A stretch of DNA of 27,765 nucleotides from Pseudomonadota bacterium (lineage in GTDB: Bacteria > Bdellovibrionota_B > Oligoflexia > Oligoflexales > RGVZ01). The translations under genes and the position numbers were made by a program. Location: NCBI GenBank assembly GCA_041178085.1, contig JBEGVZ010000060.1, positions 1 to 27,765 of the forward strand, read 5' to 3'. Positions 7,560 to 16,613 of this stretch are shown piece by piece (position 1 is the first letter of the stretch; every line of letters starts with the position of its first letter). The notes below the pieces were generated by a model that saw only the letters and a program-made list of their open reading frames with translations, made no database searches and had not been told where the DNA came from.

Positions 7560-9037
7560 GGTTGCAGGCTTTGTCCGATGATGTTGGTTGCAGAGACGAC
7601 GGATTTGACCACATTTTCGTCGCCAATGTAACTGGCTCCGTAACAGTCACCGCAAAAGGCAAGATTGGCGGAACTGATGTGAGTTTTCGCCATCCGCTGG
7701 ATCAGCCGGGTTTCAGTCACCGATGCGGACTGCCCCCACGCAACGGGGACGAGTGCAATGCGCTCGTTCTCTGACATCGACCCCGGGCACGCGGCCAGCA
7801 ACTTTTTGCGGGCACGCTTCAGCCGCTTCACTGCTTTCACAACTTCCGGCGCCTGGACTGAAATTTCATAATCTATGACCGCCTGAAACGTCAGTTCGTC
7901 GTCACTGGAGCGAACCGCCTGGACACCCTCGGCAGGAATCAGGATCAAATCAGGAAGCTCTGCCGCAGCGGACTTCTCAAGACGCTCGGTCAATGTCACC
8001 GCACTGACTGGTTTGACCTTGCTGGTCACGGCCAGCAGCGAGGCGGGCCAGAAATGCTTGGGCAACCATGTCACTGCCTGCCAAGGTGGCTGGGCAACCA
8101 CCAGGCGTGAAGTCTGGAAAACGCCCTTCGACGTAACCAGCTTCCATGACCCCTCTGCCAAGGCGCCCTTGCCAGACGCCCTCGCCGGATCGGGCAACTT
8201 TCCATCAAAAGACGCCGACATGACACGACAACCGGTACTCAGCTCAACCAGTCCGGCATCGATATACTTTTGCAGTGCCTGCGCGATGGCAACCTGCCAG
8301 GGACCGCGCTTCAAAGGACCGGTATGGTAGCCGGCACGCTGGCGAAAAGCTTCGGAAGGGGTAGACCAGATGTCGGTAATGCCCAATAGCGGACTGTACT
8401 GTTCAAGGACCACAGCTGCCGGGGCCTTGCGCGATTCCTTCCAGGCATCAGCAAAGGACTGCTGGTCGATCTTTTCGTTGGCTTCAGCAGCAGCAGCCTC
8501 CTGGGGGGCGGAATCATCGTCTTCAGCGGCAGCTTCGGTGGGCGCGCCCATGGGACCAGGAGCACAAGTGGCCGAAAGGATCGTCGTCACGTGATCCCAC
8601 TGCCGCGCAGCCGCCATACCGCCGAGGGCGCGCGCGCCTTTGCCGGCCAGCATCTGGTCCAGAGGGATCCGATTCAGCTCAGATCCAGAGAGAATGCCAA
8701 GAGTGTCTTGTTCCCGGGCTTGAAACGACGCGGGATCCCATGACGATTCCGGGTCCGCACGCATGGTTTGTTGCCAGAAATCGAGCAGGGTTCGCGAAAC
8801 CCCGTTCAAACCGTAGCCCCAGGCCGGCTGGTTGCCTGCCTCGTCGGCAGCCAGACTGCGCAGCCGTCCACCGGGCATTTCTTCTTTTTCAATTAGAAGG
8901 ATACGCAGAGGTCGCCCGGTGTCCGGAACGCTCATCGGACTGACACCATGCCCGACCACGAGGCGCAAAGCCGACAAGGCTCCTGCAATACCTGCCCCGG
9001 CGATGACGACGTCATAATGGTTTTGAGTGGAATCCAT
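7556..9037 (-). CDS. FAD-dependent oxidoreductase (amine oxidase/protoporphyrinogen oxidase/phytoene desaturase-type fold), function unknown
   Basis: Start at ATG 9037 (MDSTQNHYDVVIAGAGIAG, GxGxxG), 10 nt after the mnmD stop. Has LIEKEEMPGGRLRS (GG motif) and C-terminal LAFCGDCYG. ATGA overlap with folD. Confidence 0.8.
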   Translation of the reverse strand: MDSTQNHYDVVIAGAGIAGALSALRLVVGHGVSPMSVPDTGRPLRILLIEKEEMPGGRLRSLAADEAGNQPAWGYGLNGVSRTLLDFWQQTMRADPESSWDPASFQAREQDTLGILSGSELNRIPLDQMLAGKGARALGGMAAARQWDHVTTILSATCAPGPMGAPTEAAAEDDDSAPQEAAAAEANEKIDQQSFADAWKESRKAPAAVVLEQYSPLLGITDIWSTPSEAFRQRAGYHTGPLKRGPWQVAIAQALQKYIDAGLVELSTGCRVMSASFDGKLPDPARASGKGALAEGSWKLVTSKGVFQTSRLVVAQPPWQAVTWLPKHFWPASLLAVTSKVKPVSAVTLTERLEKSAAAELPDLILIPAEGVQAVRSSDDELTFQAVIDYEISVQAPEVVKAVKRLKRARKKLLAACPGSMSENERIALVPVAWGQSASVTETRLIQRMAKTHISSANLAFCGDCYGASYIGDENVVKSVVSATNIIGQSLQP

Positions 9038-9047
9038 CCTGTTATTT

Positions 9048-9812
9048 TTACGTTGGGTCACCCGCCCGCGCAAGGCGGAATGCCCTGAGCCAGTTTTTTT
9101 TGCGGGTGGTCGTGGGAATCTTCTCCACTCGCCAACCCGCATCCGACAGGGCTTCACGTACCGGCCTGGCGACACTGTAAGTCATCAAAACACCGTCCCG
9201 TTTGACCGAACCCACAAGTGCCGAAAACCAGTCAAAGCCCCACATGGAGGGATTTTTGGCGGGCGAAAACGGATCTTGCCAAACAAAATCATAAGGCCCC
9301 ATGTTGGCCAGGGCTGCGAAAGACGACGGTGCTTTGGCGTCGCCGAGTGCGACCCTCCACAGCAATTCTCCACCGTCCGCTCCACGTTGCCAGGCTTGCC
9401 AGATGCCGTCCTGGGCCAATTCAAGGCTTTCCGCCATGGCCAGCCAGGCAGCAGGCCACCCTTTTTGCCAGGGAGCCTTGCCCGATCGCAGATACGCAAA
9501 CAAATCGGCGTCGTTTTCCAGAGACAGAATTTCCAGTTTTCCCGCACCGCCACACCGCTGCCAGGCGGCAACCGTGGCCAAGGCGTTGTAACCAAGCCCA
9601 AGGCCGACATCCAGCACCCGCACCGGACTGGCGGCCTGCAGACGATTCAGAATTCCGGATGAGTCGATGTAGAGGCTCTGTGCCTCAGAAACGGCACCAT
9701 CCGCTGAGTGATACCACTCAGAATGCTCCCGATGGGCCAAAGTCCACGAGCCATCTGCGGTCTCAATGGCAACCCAGGGCGAAGCCCCGGGATTATTATT
9801 TTGTTCAGTCAT
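9048..9812 (-). CDS. mnmD: Stand-alone MnmC-family (MnmD-type) tRNA mnm5s2U34 methyltransferase
   Basis: TADGSWTL...EWYHSADGAVSEA, VLDVGLGLGYN, QDPFSPAKNPSMW, LMTYS. Corresponds to the methyltransferase half of MnmC only. Confidence 0.85.
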   Translation of the reverse strand: MTEQNNNPGASPWVAIETADGSWTLAHREHSEWYHSADGAVSEAQSLYIDSSGILNRLQAASPVRVLDVGLGLGYNALATVAAWQRCGGAGKLEILSLENDADLFAYLRSGKAPWQKGWPAAWLAMAESLELAQDGIWQAWQRGADGGELLWRVALGDAKAPSSFAALANMGPYDFVWQDPFSPAKNPSMWGFDWFSALVGSVKRDGVLMTYSVARPVREALSDAGWRVEKIPTTTRKKNWLRAFRLARAGDPT

Positions 9813-9866
9813 TATAGATGCTTGCCGTTAAATCCAACGAGAGAAATCGAACCCTGCAAAAAAAGC

Positions 9867-9894
9867 TAAATTTTCGTGATGCGGGGGCCGTTAA
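9867..9894 (+). promoter_or_regulatory. Putative sigma28 (FliA)-type promoter for the lipoprotein gene
   Basis: TAAA-N16-GCCGTTAA versus the consensus TAAA-N15/16-GCCGATAA. A second GCCGTTAA lies at 9824-9831. Confidence 0.45.
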
Positions 9895-9903
9895 GTCCAA
9901 ATC

Positions 9904-10752
9904 ATGATCAACAATTCCGTTCCAATCGGCGCCCTGATAGCAACCCTTGCGGTGTCCTGCAGCAGCGTAAACCTGAGCGATGGCGGTATCGCAAACGGCG
10001 ACAAAAAAAAATTGGAATCTTCCGGCAGCACCCAGCGAAATCCGGAGGCCAACGAAAATACGGAAGACGCTGAGAATGACAATGAGTACCGGGGGACGGC
10101 TGAACCCGCAGTCATCGCAGCCGCCTACCTGGCGTGCGGGCTGGATGACACAACGCTTGGTTGCAACCTGTACACCTCGGCCGACCAAAGGATCGCCGCT
10201 GCGGACAGGGAGGGGCACTGGGAAGCCAAAATCGGAGGGCGTCTCCTGACTCGGGGCCCGGGCAGGACCAGGGTGTCGTTCATTGCTGAAACGGGGCCGT
10301 TCGTCCCGGCGGAGTTGATCTCTGTCACTTATACCGGGAACGCTGATGCGGTAAAAACATTCACAGCAAGAGCAGCAACGATGCCCAGTATCATGGATCT
10401 GCAGATCTTCGGGTCGGTTACAGGCCTTGCCCACAGAAGCTTCTCCGGCTCACGACGCTCCGTGGCGGACACGATCAGTGCTCTGCTGTCCTCCAATTCA
10501 AACGCGGGTGGAATCACCCCCGACAATCAAATTACAGGTTTCTGCCCCTACCCTGACGCGAACACCATGTGTGCCCTTCGACCAGGTGACCAACCCAATG
10601 TCGCGGCGATTAATTTGGGGCGCCCAGGCATAGGAAACATCGCGAACACTTTGGACGAACTCCGGTTTATCCTCGTTGGCATGCCACCCAAACCCAAAGC
10701 CCCGACCTGTGCAGCCCTGGGTCGCGTGATGCGGGCCGCCCTGTGCAATTAG
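9904..10752 (+). CDS. Hypothetical Cys-containing lipoprotein
   Basis: Hydrophobic stretch and lipobox LAVSC (Cys19), acidic disordered linker, then six further Cys in three apparent pairs. The stop overlaps the convergent PilZ gene stop. Confidence 0.65.
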   Translation: MINNSVPIGALIATLAVSCSSVNLSDGGIANGDKKKLESSGSTQRNPEANENTEDAENDNEYRGTAEPAVIAAAYLACGLDDTTLGCNLYTSADQRIAAADREGHWEAKIGGRLLTRGPGRTRVSFIAETGPFVPAELISVTYTGNADAVKTFTARAATMPSIMDLQIFGSVTGLAHRSFSGSRRSVADTISALLSSNSNAGGITPDNQITGFCPYPDANTMCALRPGDQPNVAAINLGRPGIGNIANTLDELRFILVGMPPKPKAPTCAALGRVMRAALCN

Positions 10753-11483
10753 CCCCTTAGCGCCACCAGCGAATCGATCATGGGAACGCCTGTTTCGTCC
10801 TCCAAACCTGACCCGCAGGCCCCGGCAAGGATCAAGGCCGCGCTGTCCACCAGCCTGTGGTCGATCGTGCCAGCATCGGCCATGCGGGGGCTGATACGCT
10901 CTTCTGGATCGACCATCTTCCGCTGCCATACCCGGCCATCCGACATGCCGACTTCGACGTAGGATCCCTGATCTGGAAAAACCAGCCGCCATTCCGGCGC
11001 ACCGCCGGATTTCGCAGACAGGGTGACTGGACCGTCACCCCTCCAGATACGCCAACCTTGCGCAACCATTTCAGGTTTCATGGTTGCTGGTTTGAGCTCC
11101 ACCAGCGACTCACCCATCCGCAGGCATTCCATCCAGGGACGCATGAACAGCAGGGCATCGGGTGCATTGTGAATAAAAGCGCAAGAAAGGGTTTCTGCGG
11201 AGGAAGCGACCGTTTGGATCGTCGCAACCTGGACATAGTTCCGTGACAGCTGAAGATCCATCGTGATGTCCACGGAGGCGCAGGCGGGATCGAGAAACCC
11301 TGCCCCGCCCGAATTGCCAGGCCGAACGAGGAGCATGCCGCCGTAGCTCCAGTTCACCACTGGCATCCGCTTGCCGTCACTCGCCCGGACCGTCATCAGG
11401 GGGCCCGCACGAAGCCCGGAAGGAAGATGGTAACGCTGGTGGCGGCGGCGCTCGGCTCCGGGCGTATTGGAAGACGATTTCAT
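10749..11483 (-). CDS. PilZ-domain (c-di-GMP-binding) protein with an unknown C-terminal domain
   Basis: ERRRHQR (RxxxR) and VNWSYGG ([D/N]xSxxG). GAGGTG RBS upstream. Confidence 0.75.
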   Translation of the reverse strand: MKSSSNTPGAERRRHQRYHLPSGLRAGPLMTVRASDGKRMPVVNWSYGGMLLVRPGNSGGAGFLDPACASVDITMDLQLSRNYVQVATIQTVASSAETLSCAFIHNAPDALLFMRPWMECLRMGESLVELKPATMKPEMVAQGWRIWRGDGPVTLSAKSGGAPEWRLVFPDQGSYVEVGMSDGRVWQRKMVDPEERISPRMADAGTIDHRLVDSAALILAGACGSGLEDETGVPMIDSLVALRG

Positions 11484-11548
11484 GGGAGCACACCTCGTCG
11501 ACGACGTGTCTTAAAAAGAGACTTCCGGGCAAAATGTCCGGCCGATGA

Positions 11549-11577
11549 TTGATTTTTCCATGAAAAGTAGTTAGAAC
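11549..11577 (+). promoter_or_regulatory. Putative sigma70 promoter of the rimP-nusA-infB operon
   Basis: TTGATT-N17-TAGAAC in AT-rich intergenic DNA. Confidence 0.45.
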
Positions 11578-11580
11578 CTA

Positions 11581-11718
11581 GCTGCTCGCCACACAGCAGC
11601 CAACTTGAAACGACAGATTCTTCTGAAATTTCTTAATGTTAGGTTGTCGGCACACGGAAGTCCTGCTGTGTGTTGATCGCCGTTGTCCAACAGGACTCGG
11701 CAAAAACACAGGATGCTC
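11581..11718 (+). promoter_or_regulatory. Structured 5' leader of rimP (candidate cis-regulatory RNA)
   Basis: Perfect 10-bp complement 11590-11599/11663-11672, inner helix 11601-11608/11639-11646, alternative helix 11659-11665/11691-11697. Confidence 0.4.
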
Positions 11719-12198
11719 ATGAATCGTAACCAGTTAAACCATGCCATCGACCTGATACAAGCCCAACTGGGTAAAAAGGGTCTTTGTGATTCGGGTATTG
11801 AGTGCATCGAAGCCGAGTGGGCAGGGAACGAATCGACACTCAGAATATTTGTCGATTCCCCTCAAGGGGTCAACCTGGACACCTGTGCGGCAGTGAGCCA
11901 CGCCCTCGGCGAATGTGATGAACTCGACATGATGTTCAAGGGGCACTGGAACCTGGAGGTCAGCTCGCCTGGCCTGGAACGCCCATTGCGCAGGACCGAA
12001 CACTTCAGAAAATTCATCGGGGCGACGGTCAACGTCAACCTGACGGAAAAAGTAAGCGAACGCCGGCACGCCAAAGGCAAGGTGCTGGACGTTTCAAACG
12101 ACGAGCTGGTGACGCTCGAAACCGCAGAGGGCCAGTGGTCCTTCCCGGTCGAGAAAATCCACCGCGCAAACCTTGTTTATGACTGGGAAAGGAACTAA
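11719..12198 (+). CDS. rimP: Ribosome maturation factor RimP
   Basis: LRIFVD, LDTCAAVS, LEVSSPGLERPL. Located upstream of nusA. AGGA RBS precedes ATG 11719 (alternative start 11713). Confidence 0.95.
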   Translation: MNRNQLNHAIDLIQAQLGKKGLCDSGIECIEAEWAGNESTLRIFVDSPQGVNLDTCAAVSHALGECDELDMMFKGHWNLEVSSPGLERPLRRTEHFRKFIGATVNVNLTEKVSERRHAKGKVLDVSNDELVTLETAEGQWSFPVEKIHRANLVYDWERN

Positions 12199-12203
12199 CT
12201 GAC

Positions 12204-13802
12204 ATGACACTCATCGACGCAACAGAAGTTGACAGCGAACTGCGCAAGGTAATTACGACGGTTAGCCGCGACAAGAACCTTGATCGCGCTGTTATCGTGG
12301 ATGCCTTGGAACAAGCAGTGATCCATGCCGCTCGCCGGACACTTGGACTGAACGCTGACCTGGAAGCCCATTATAACGAAGAACTCGACGAGATCGAACT
12401 CTTCCAGTTCCGCACCGTGGTCGAAGACGTCGACGACGAAAGCCTTGAAATCGAAGTTTCGGAAGCCAAGAAACTGGATCCAGGAACGGAAATCGGCGAC
12501 GCCCTCGGCATGAAAATCAACACCACTCAATTCGGCCGGATCGCAGCCCAGTCTGCCAAGCAGATCATCGTTCAAAAGGTCCGGGACGCAGAACGCGCCC
12601 AGGTTTACGAAGAGTTCAAGGACCGCGTCGGCGAAATCCTCAGCGGGCATGTCCGCCGCTTCGAACGCAACGATATTGTGGTCGACCTTGGCCGGACGGA
12701 AGCGATCATCCCTTACCGTGAGCAGGTTCCGACAGAACGCTACCGCATCAAGGACCGGATTCAGGGCTACGCCCTCGAGGTCAAGCGCTCTTCGCGCGGA
12801 CCGCAGATCGTCCTCTCCCGCGCACACCCAGGCTTCCTGATCCGCTTGTTTGAGCAAACTGTGACCGAAATCTACGACGGCATCGTCACCATCGAGAGTG
12901 CTGCCCGTGATCCAGGATACCGCTCGAAGATCGCCGTTTACTCGCGCGACTCATCGGTTGACCCGGTTGGTGCCTGCGTTGGGATGAAAGGATCGCGCGT
13001 CCAGGCAATCGTCCAGGAGCTCAACGGCGAGAAGATCGACATCATTCCGTGGGACAAAGATCCGGCACGACTTGTCTGCAACGCCCTTTCGCCGGCTGTC
13101 GTATCGAAAGTGATCGTCGACGAACAGAACCACAGCATGGACGTGGTCGTTGCCGAAGACCAGCTGTCGCTTGCGATCGGCAAGCGCGGTCAAAACGTAC
13201 GCCTGGCCGCACAATTGACTGGCTGGAAGCTCGATATCAAGAGCGAGAAGAAGCTTGAAGAAGAACTGGCCGGCACAAAGGCCTATATCGCGACGATCCC
13301 TGGACTTGGCATCATGCAAGCAGAGATCCTCGTCAACGAAGGCCTCAAGACTGCGGCTGAAATCTCTGAACTCAGCCCACGCAACCTGGTTCGCTTGTTG
13401 AACCTGGACGAAGCCGATGCAGAAAAAGTAATCGCTGCCGCTGCGGAAATGGCCAAGCTCGCACCTGCACCAAGGCATGCGCCCAAGGCAGCCGTGCCAG
13501 CTGGCGCTGCAAGCGAAGAAGGCGAAGAGTTGTTCGCCAGCTCATCTGCGGCACCCGCGGAAGCTCGCGGTCCATCCGCAGCCGAGGCTGCGCGCAATGA
13601 CCGCATCGCGATCTTCATGAAGCTGGGCGGCGTGGGCGAAGCAACGGCTCACGCACTGGCTGATGCTGGATACGGCACCATTGGCGACATCATTGCGGAC
13701 TCGGCCGAGGAAGTCGCACAGAAGACAGGACTTTCCCTGGGTATCGCACGGACCGTTCAAATGGCGGCAGACCGCCACTTGCAATCGGAGCTGAAAGACT
13801 AA
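12204..13802 (+). CDS. nusA: Transcription termination/antitermination factor NusA with C-terminal HhH-like repeats
   Basis: FGRIAAQSAKQ, S1 domain, ARDPGYRSKIAV, DPVGACVG, LSLAIGKRGQNVRLAAQLTGWKLDI. C-terminal IPGLG and LGGVG motifs. Confidence 0.98.
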   Translation: MTLIDATEVDSELRKVITTVSRDKNLDRAVIVDALEQAVIHAARRTLGLNADLEAHYNEELDEIELFQFRTVVEDVDDESLEIEVSEAKKLDPGTEIGDALGMKINTTQFGRIAAQSAKQIIVQKVRDAERAQVYEEFKDRVGEILSGHVRRFERNDIVVDLGRTEAIIPYREQVPTERYRIKDRIQGYALEVKRSSRGPQIVLSRAHPGFLIRLFEQTVTEIYDGIVTIESAARDPGYRSKIAVYSRDSSVDPVGACVGMKGSRVQAIVQELNGEKIDIIPWDKDPARLVCNALSPAVVSKVIVDEQNHSMDVVVAEDQLSLAIGKRGQNVRLAAQLTGWKLDIKSEKKLEEELAGTKAYIATIPGLGIMQAEILVNEGLKTAAEISELSPRNLVRLLNLDEADAEKVIAAAAEMAKLAPAPRHAPKAAVPAGAASEEGEELFASSSAAPAEARGPSAAEAARNDRIAIFMKLGGVGEATAHALADAGYGTIGDIIADSAEEVAQKTGLSLGIARTVQMAADRHLQSELKD

Positions 13803-13803
13803 A

Positions 13804-16596
13804 ATGACAGTAAAAATCAGAGTGTACGAGCTCGCCAAAGAGCTCAGCATCGACAACAAGGTGGCAGTCACCAAGCTCAAGTCCATGGGAATTGAGGTTG
13901 GCAGTCACCAGAGCACGCTTTCCGCAGAGGAAGCCGAGCGCCTGCGGGCCGCCATTCGAGGCGGTGACAGCAAGCCGGCAGCAACTGCGGCAGGAGCGCC
14001 ACGCCCAACCGTCGTGATCCGGCGGCGCAAAGCGGATACACCAGCAGACGCTGCGCCGGCTGAGCCAGAAGTGACGGCGCCGGCGGCAACGCCCGCAATT
14101 CCCGCTGAAGTGCACGTTGAAGAGCCTGAACCGGTGGAAGCACCGAAGCAGGCAGAGGCCCCGGGCATCGAAGCGCGTCAACCAATAGCGCCCGCGCCAA
14201 CTCCGGCTCCAGCTGAGCCACGGGTTACGGCCCAAGAGCCCGCAGCCGAAGAGACGACGGAGGCAGCTCCACCTGCACCGAGCGCCAAGGCCGACAGCCC
14301 TGAGACCGCAGCAACTCCTCGCCGCACTCTGCAGGTCGCCGCAAGTGCGACGATTATCCGGCGTGCCAGCCCTGAGGAAGTCGCGGCGGCCAACGCCGCA
14401 CGGGAACAACAGGCGGCATCGACACGGGCACGCACCATGCGGCGCGAAGACAGCCGCGGAACCCGCGTAACAGGTATGGGTCTGCTGCACGACCGTGGTG
14501 GTGCGCAGGGACAAGCCAGTGGACCTGAGGCAGCCGCCGGTGGCGCGCCTGAAACGGACGCTTTCGGAGTTCGCCGTCGCACCACAGAAGGTCGCGAGCG
14601 CACCCGTGAGGAACAAGAAGAGGAATCAGCACGCGCACGGGCGGCGAAGAATCGCCGTGCCAACGCCAACTTGAACGTCCGCGCACTGCTTACCCAGGCG
14701 GAAGAAGTCGAGGGTGAGGGCGAAGCGACCGAAGCAAGTGAAGAGGTCCAACCACGCGTCTTCACACCTACCGGTCCGCGCACACGTCGTGACGCCAAGC
14801 GCCGCAAGGACCTGAAGCGCACCCAGATGACAACGCCACGCGCGGCTTACCGCGTTGTGGAAATGGGTGAGACGATCCAGATCGGCGAACTGGCCAAGCA
14901 GATGAGCGTCAAGGCCGGCGAGATCATCAAGAAACTCATGTCTCAAGGCATGATGCTGACGATTAACGCCGAAATCGATGCGGATACGGCCGGGATCCTG
15001 GCTGGCGATTATGGGTTTGAGGTGAAGGTCAAGATCGCAACGATCGACGACATCCTGGCACGCAGCCGCGATGAGTCTGTCAAAGCCGGCCATCGCCCTC
15101 CGATCGTCACCATCATGGGCCACGTTGACCACGGAAAAACCAGTATCCTCGACGCCATCCGTGAAGCGGACGTTGCGGGCGGTGAAGCTGGCGGGATTAC
15201 CCAACACATCGGCGCCTACCAGGTCGAAAAAAATGGCAAGAGGATCACTTTCCTCGATACTCCTGGTCACGAAGCGTTCTCGTCCATGCGTGCACGCGGC
15301 GCGAGTCTGACCGACATCGTGATCCTGGTGGTGGCTGCCGATGACGGGGTCATGCCACAGACGGTGGAGGCCATCAACCACGCACGAGCGGCAAATGTGC
15401 CAGTGATCGTCGCCATCAACAAGATCGACAAGCCCAACAAAAACTTTGACCGGATCAACTCGGAACTTGCCGAACATGGGATCCAGTCGGAAGAGTGGGG
15501 CGGCGAAAACCAGTTTGTAAAAGTTTCTGCGTTGCAGAAGCTGGGTCTGGATGACTTGCTCGAGGCGATCCTGCTGCAAGCTGAAGTCCTTGACTTGAAA
15601 GCGAAGACGTCAGGCGCAGCCACGGGTGCTGTGGTCGAAGCTCACCTCGACAAGGGCCGCGGCCCGGTCGCGACAATCATGGTTCGTGAAGGCATCATGA
15701 AGACCGGTGACTACATTGTCGCCGGACAGAAATCCGGCCGCGTCCGCGCAATGTCGGATCATCGTGGGCAACAGGTCAAGGAAGCCGGCCCGGCAACGCC
15801 CGTTCAGGTCATTGGCCTTGACGGCGTTCCCGAAGCAGGCGACCAGGTCGATGTCGTTGCGGATGACCGGCAAGCACGTGAAGCCGTCGCGTTCCGTCAA
15901 GAACAGGCAAGGAAAGCTGCCAGCGTAAAATCCAGCGCAGCAAGCATCGATGACCTGCTCGGCAAGATTCAGACCGCCGACAAATATGAAGTGGCCCTGA
16001 TCATCAAGGGTGACACCCAAGGTTCCATCGAGGCCGTTGCAGACGCGGTGTTGAAACTCAGCACTCCTCGCGTTGCCAACCGGATCATCCACAAGGCGGT
16101 CGGCGGCATCACCGAATCCGACGTCACGTTGGCCACAGCCTCAAAAGCGATCGTCCTTGGCTTCAACGTCCGTGCGGGGCGTGGCCTTCAGGAACACGCT
16201 GAAAAAGCGGGCATCGTGATCAAATACTTCAGCATCATCTACGAACTGGTGGATGCGGTGAAGGCGATCATGGCCGGCAAGCTGCCGCCTGTGGTGAAGG
16301 AAGTTGTGCTTGGCCATGCCAAGGTGCGCCAGCCGTTCAACGTGCCGAAAATCGGCGTGATTGGTGGCTCCGCGGTCACCGACGGCAAGATCACCAGGAA
16401 CTCGCTGGTACGCCTGATCCGCGACGATATCGTGATCTACACCGGCAAAATCGGTTCACTCCGCCGCTTCAAAGACGACGTGCGTGAAGTCGCAAACGGC
16501 TACGAATGCGGTATTGGCATTGACGGTTACCAGGATCTTCGGGAAGGCGACGTGATCGAAGCCTATGTCCTTGAAGAAACTGCGGCGACCCTCTGA
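13804..16596 (+). CDS. infB: Translation initiation factor IF-2
   Basis: [63 protein letters not shown]. Confidence 0.99.
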   Translation: MTVKIRVYELAKELSIDNKVAVTKLKSMGIEVGSHQSTLSAEEAERLRAAIRGGDSKPAATAAGAPRPTVVIRRRKADTPADAAPAEPEVTAPAATPAIPAEVHVEEPEPVEAPKQAEAPGIEARQPIAPAPTPAPAEPRVTAQEPAAEETTEAAPPAPSAKADSPETAATPRRTLQVAASATIIRRASPEEVAAANAAREQQAASTRARTMRREDSRGTRVTGMGLLHDRGGAQGQASGPEAAAGGAPETDAFGVRRRTTEGRERTREEQEEESARARAAKNRRANANLNVRALLTQAEEVEGEGEATEASEEVQPRVFTPTGPRTRRDAKRRKDLKRTQMTTPRAAYRVVEMGETIQIGELAKQMSVKAGEIIKKLMSQGMMLTINAEIDADTAGILAGDYGFEVKVKIATIDDILARSRDESVKAGHRPPIVTIMGHVDHGKTSILDAIREADVAGGEAGGITQHIGAYQVEKNGKRITFLDTPGHEAFSSMRARGASLTDIVILVVAADDGVMPQTVEAINHARAANVPVIVAINKIDKPNKNFDRINSELAEHGIQSEEWGGENQFVKVSALQKLGLDDLLEAILLQAEVLDLKAKTSGAATGAVVEAHLDKGRGPVATIMVREGIMKTGDYIVAGQKSGRVRAMSDHRGQQVKEAGPATPVQVIGLDGVPEAGDQVDVVADDRQAREAVAFRQEQARKAASVKSSAASIDDLLGKIQTADKYEVALIIKGDTQGSIEAVADAVLKLSTPRVANRIIHKAVGGITESDVTLATASKAIVLGFNVRAGRGLQEHAEKAGIVIKYFSIIYELVDAVKAIMAGKLPPVVKEVVLGHAKVRQPFNVPKIGVIGGSAVTDGKITRNSLVRLIRDDIVIYTGKIGSLRRFKDDVREVANGYECGIGIDGYQDLREGDVIEAYVLEETAATL

Positions 16597-16613
16597 GGAA
16601 TGGCGGTGAACTG

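Noticed and set aside
9038..9175. N-terminal extension of the FAD oxidoreductase ORF
   Set aside because: It overlaps the mnmD 3' end, and the Rossmann motif starts right after ATG 9037.
11541..11548. GCCGATGA as a sigma28 -10 box upstream of rimP
   Set aside because: No TAAA/CAAG-like -35 at 15-16 nt spacing.
13950..14760. Ala/Pro/Glu-rich low-complexity stretch in infB
   Set aside because: Normal variable IF-2 N-terminal region; no DNA-level repeat array seen.
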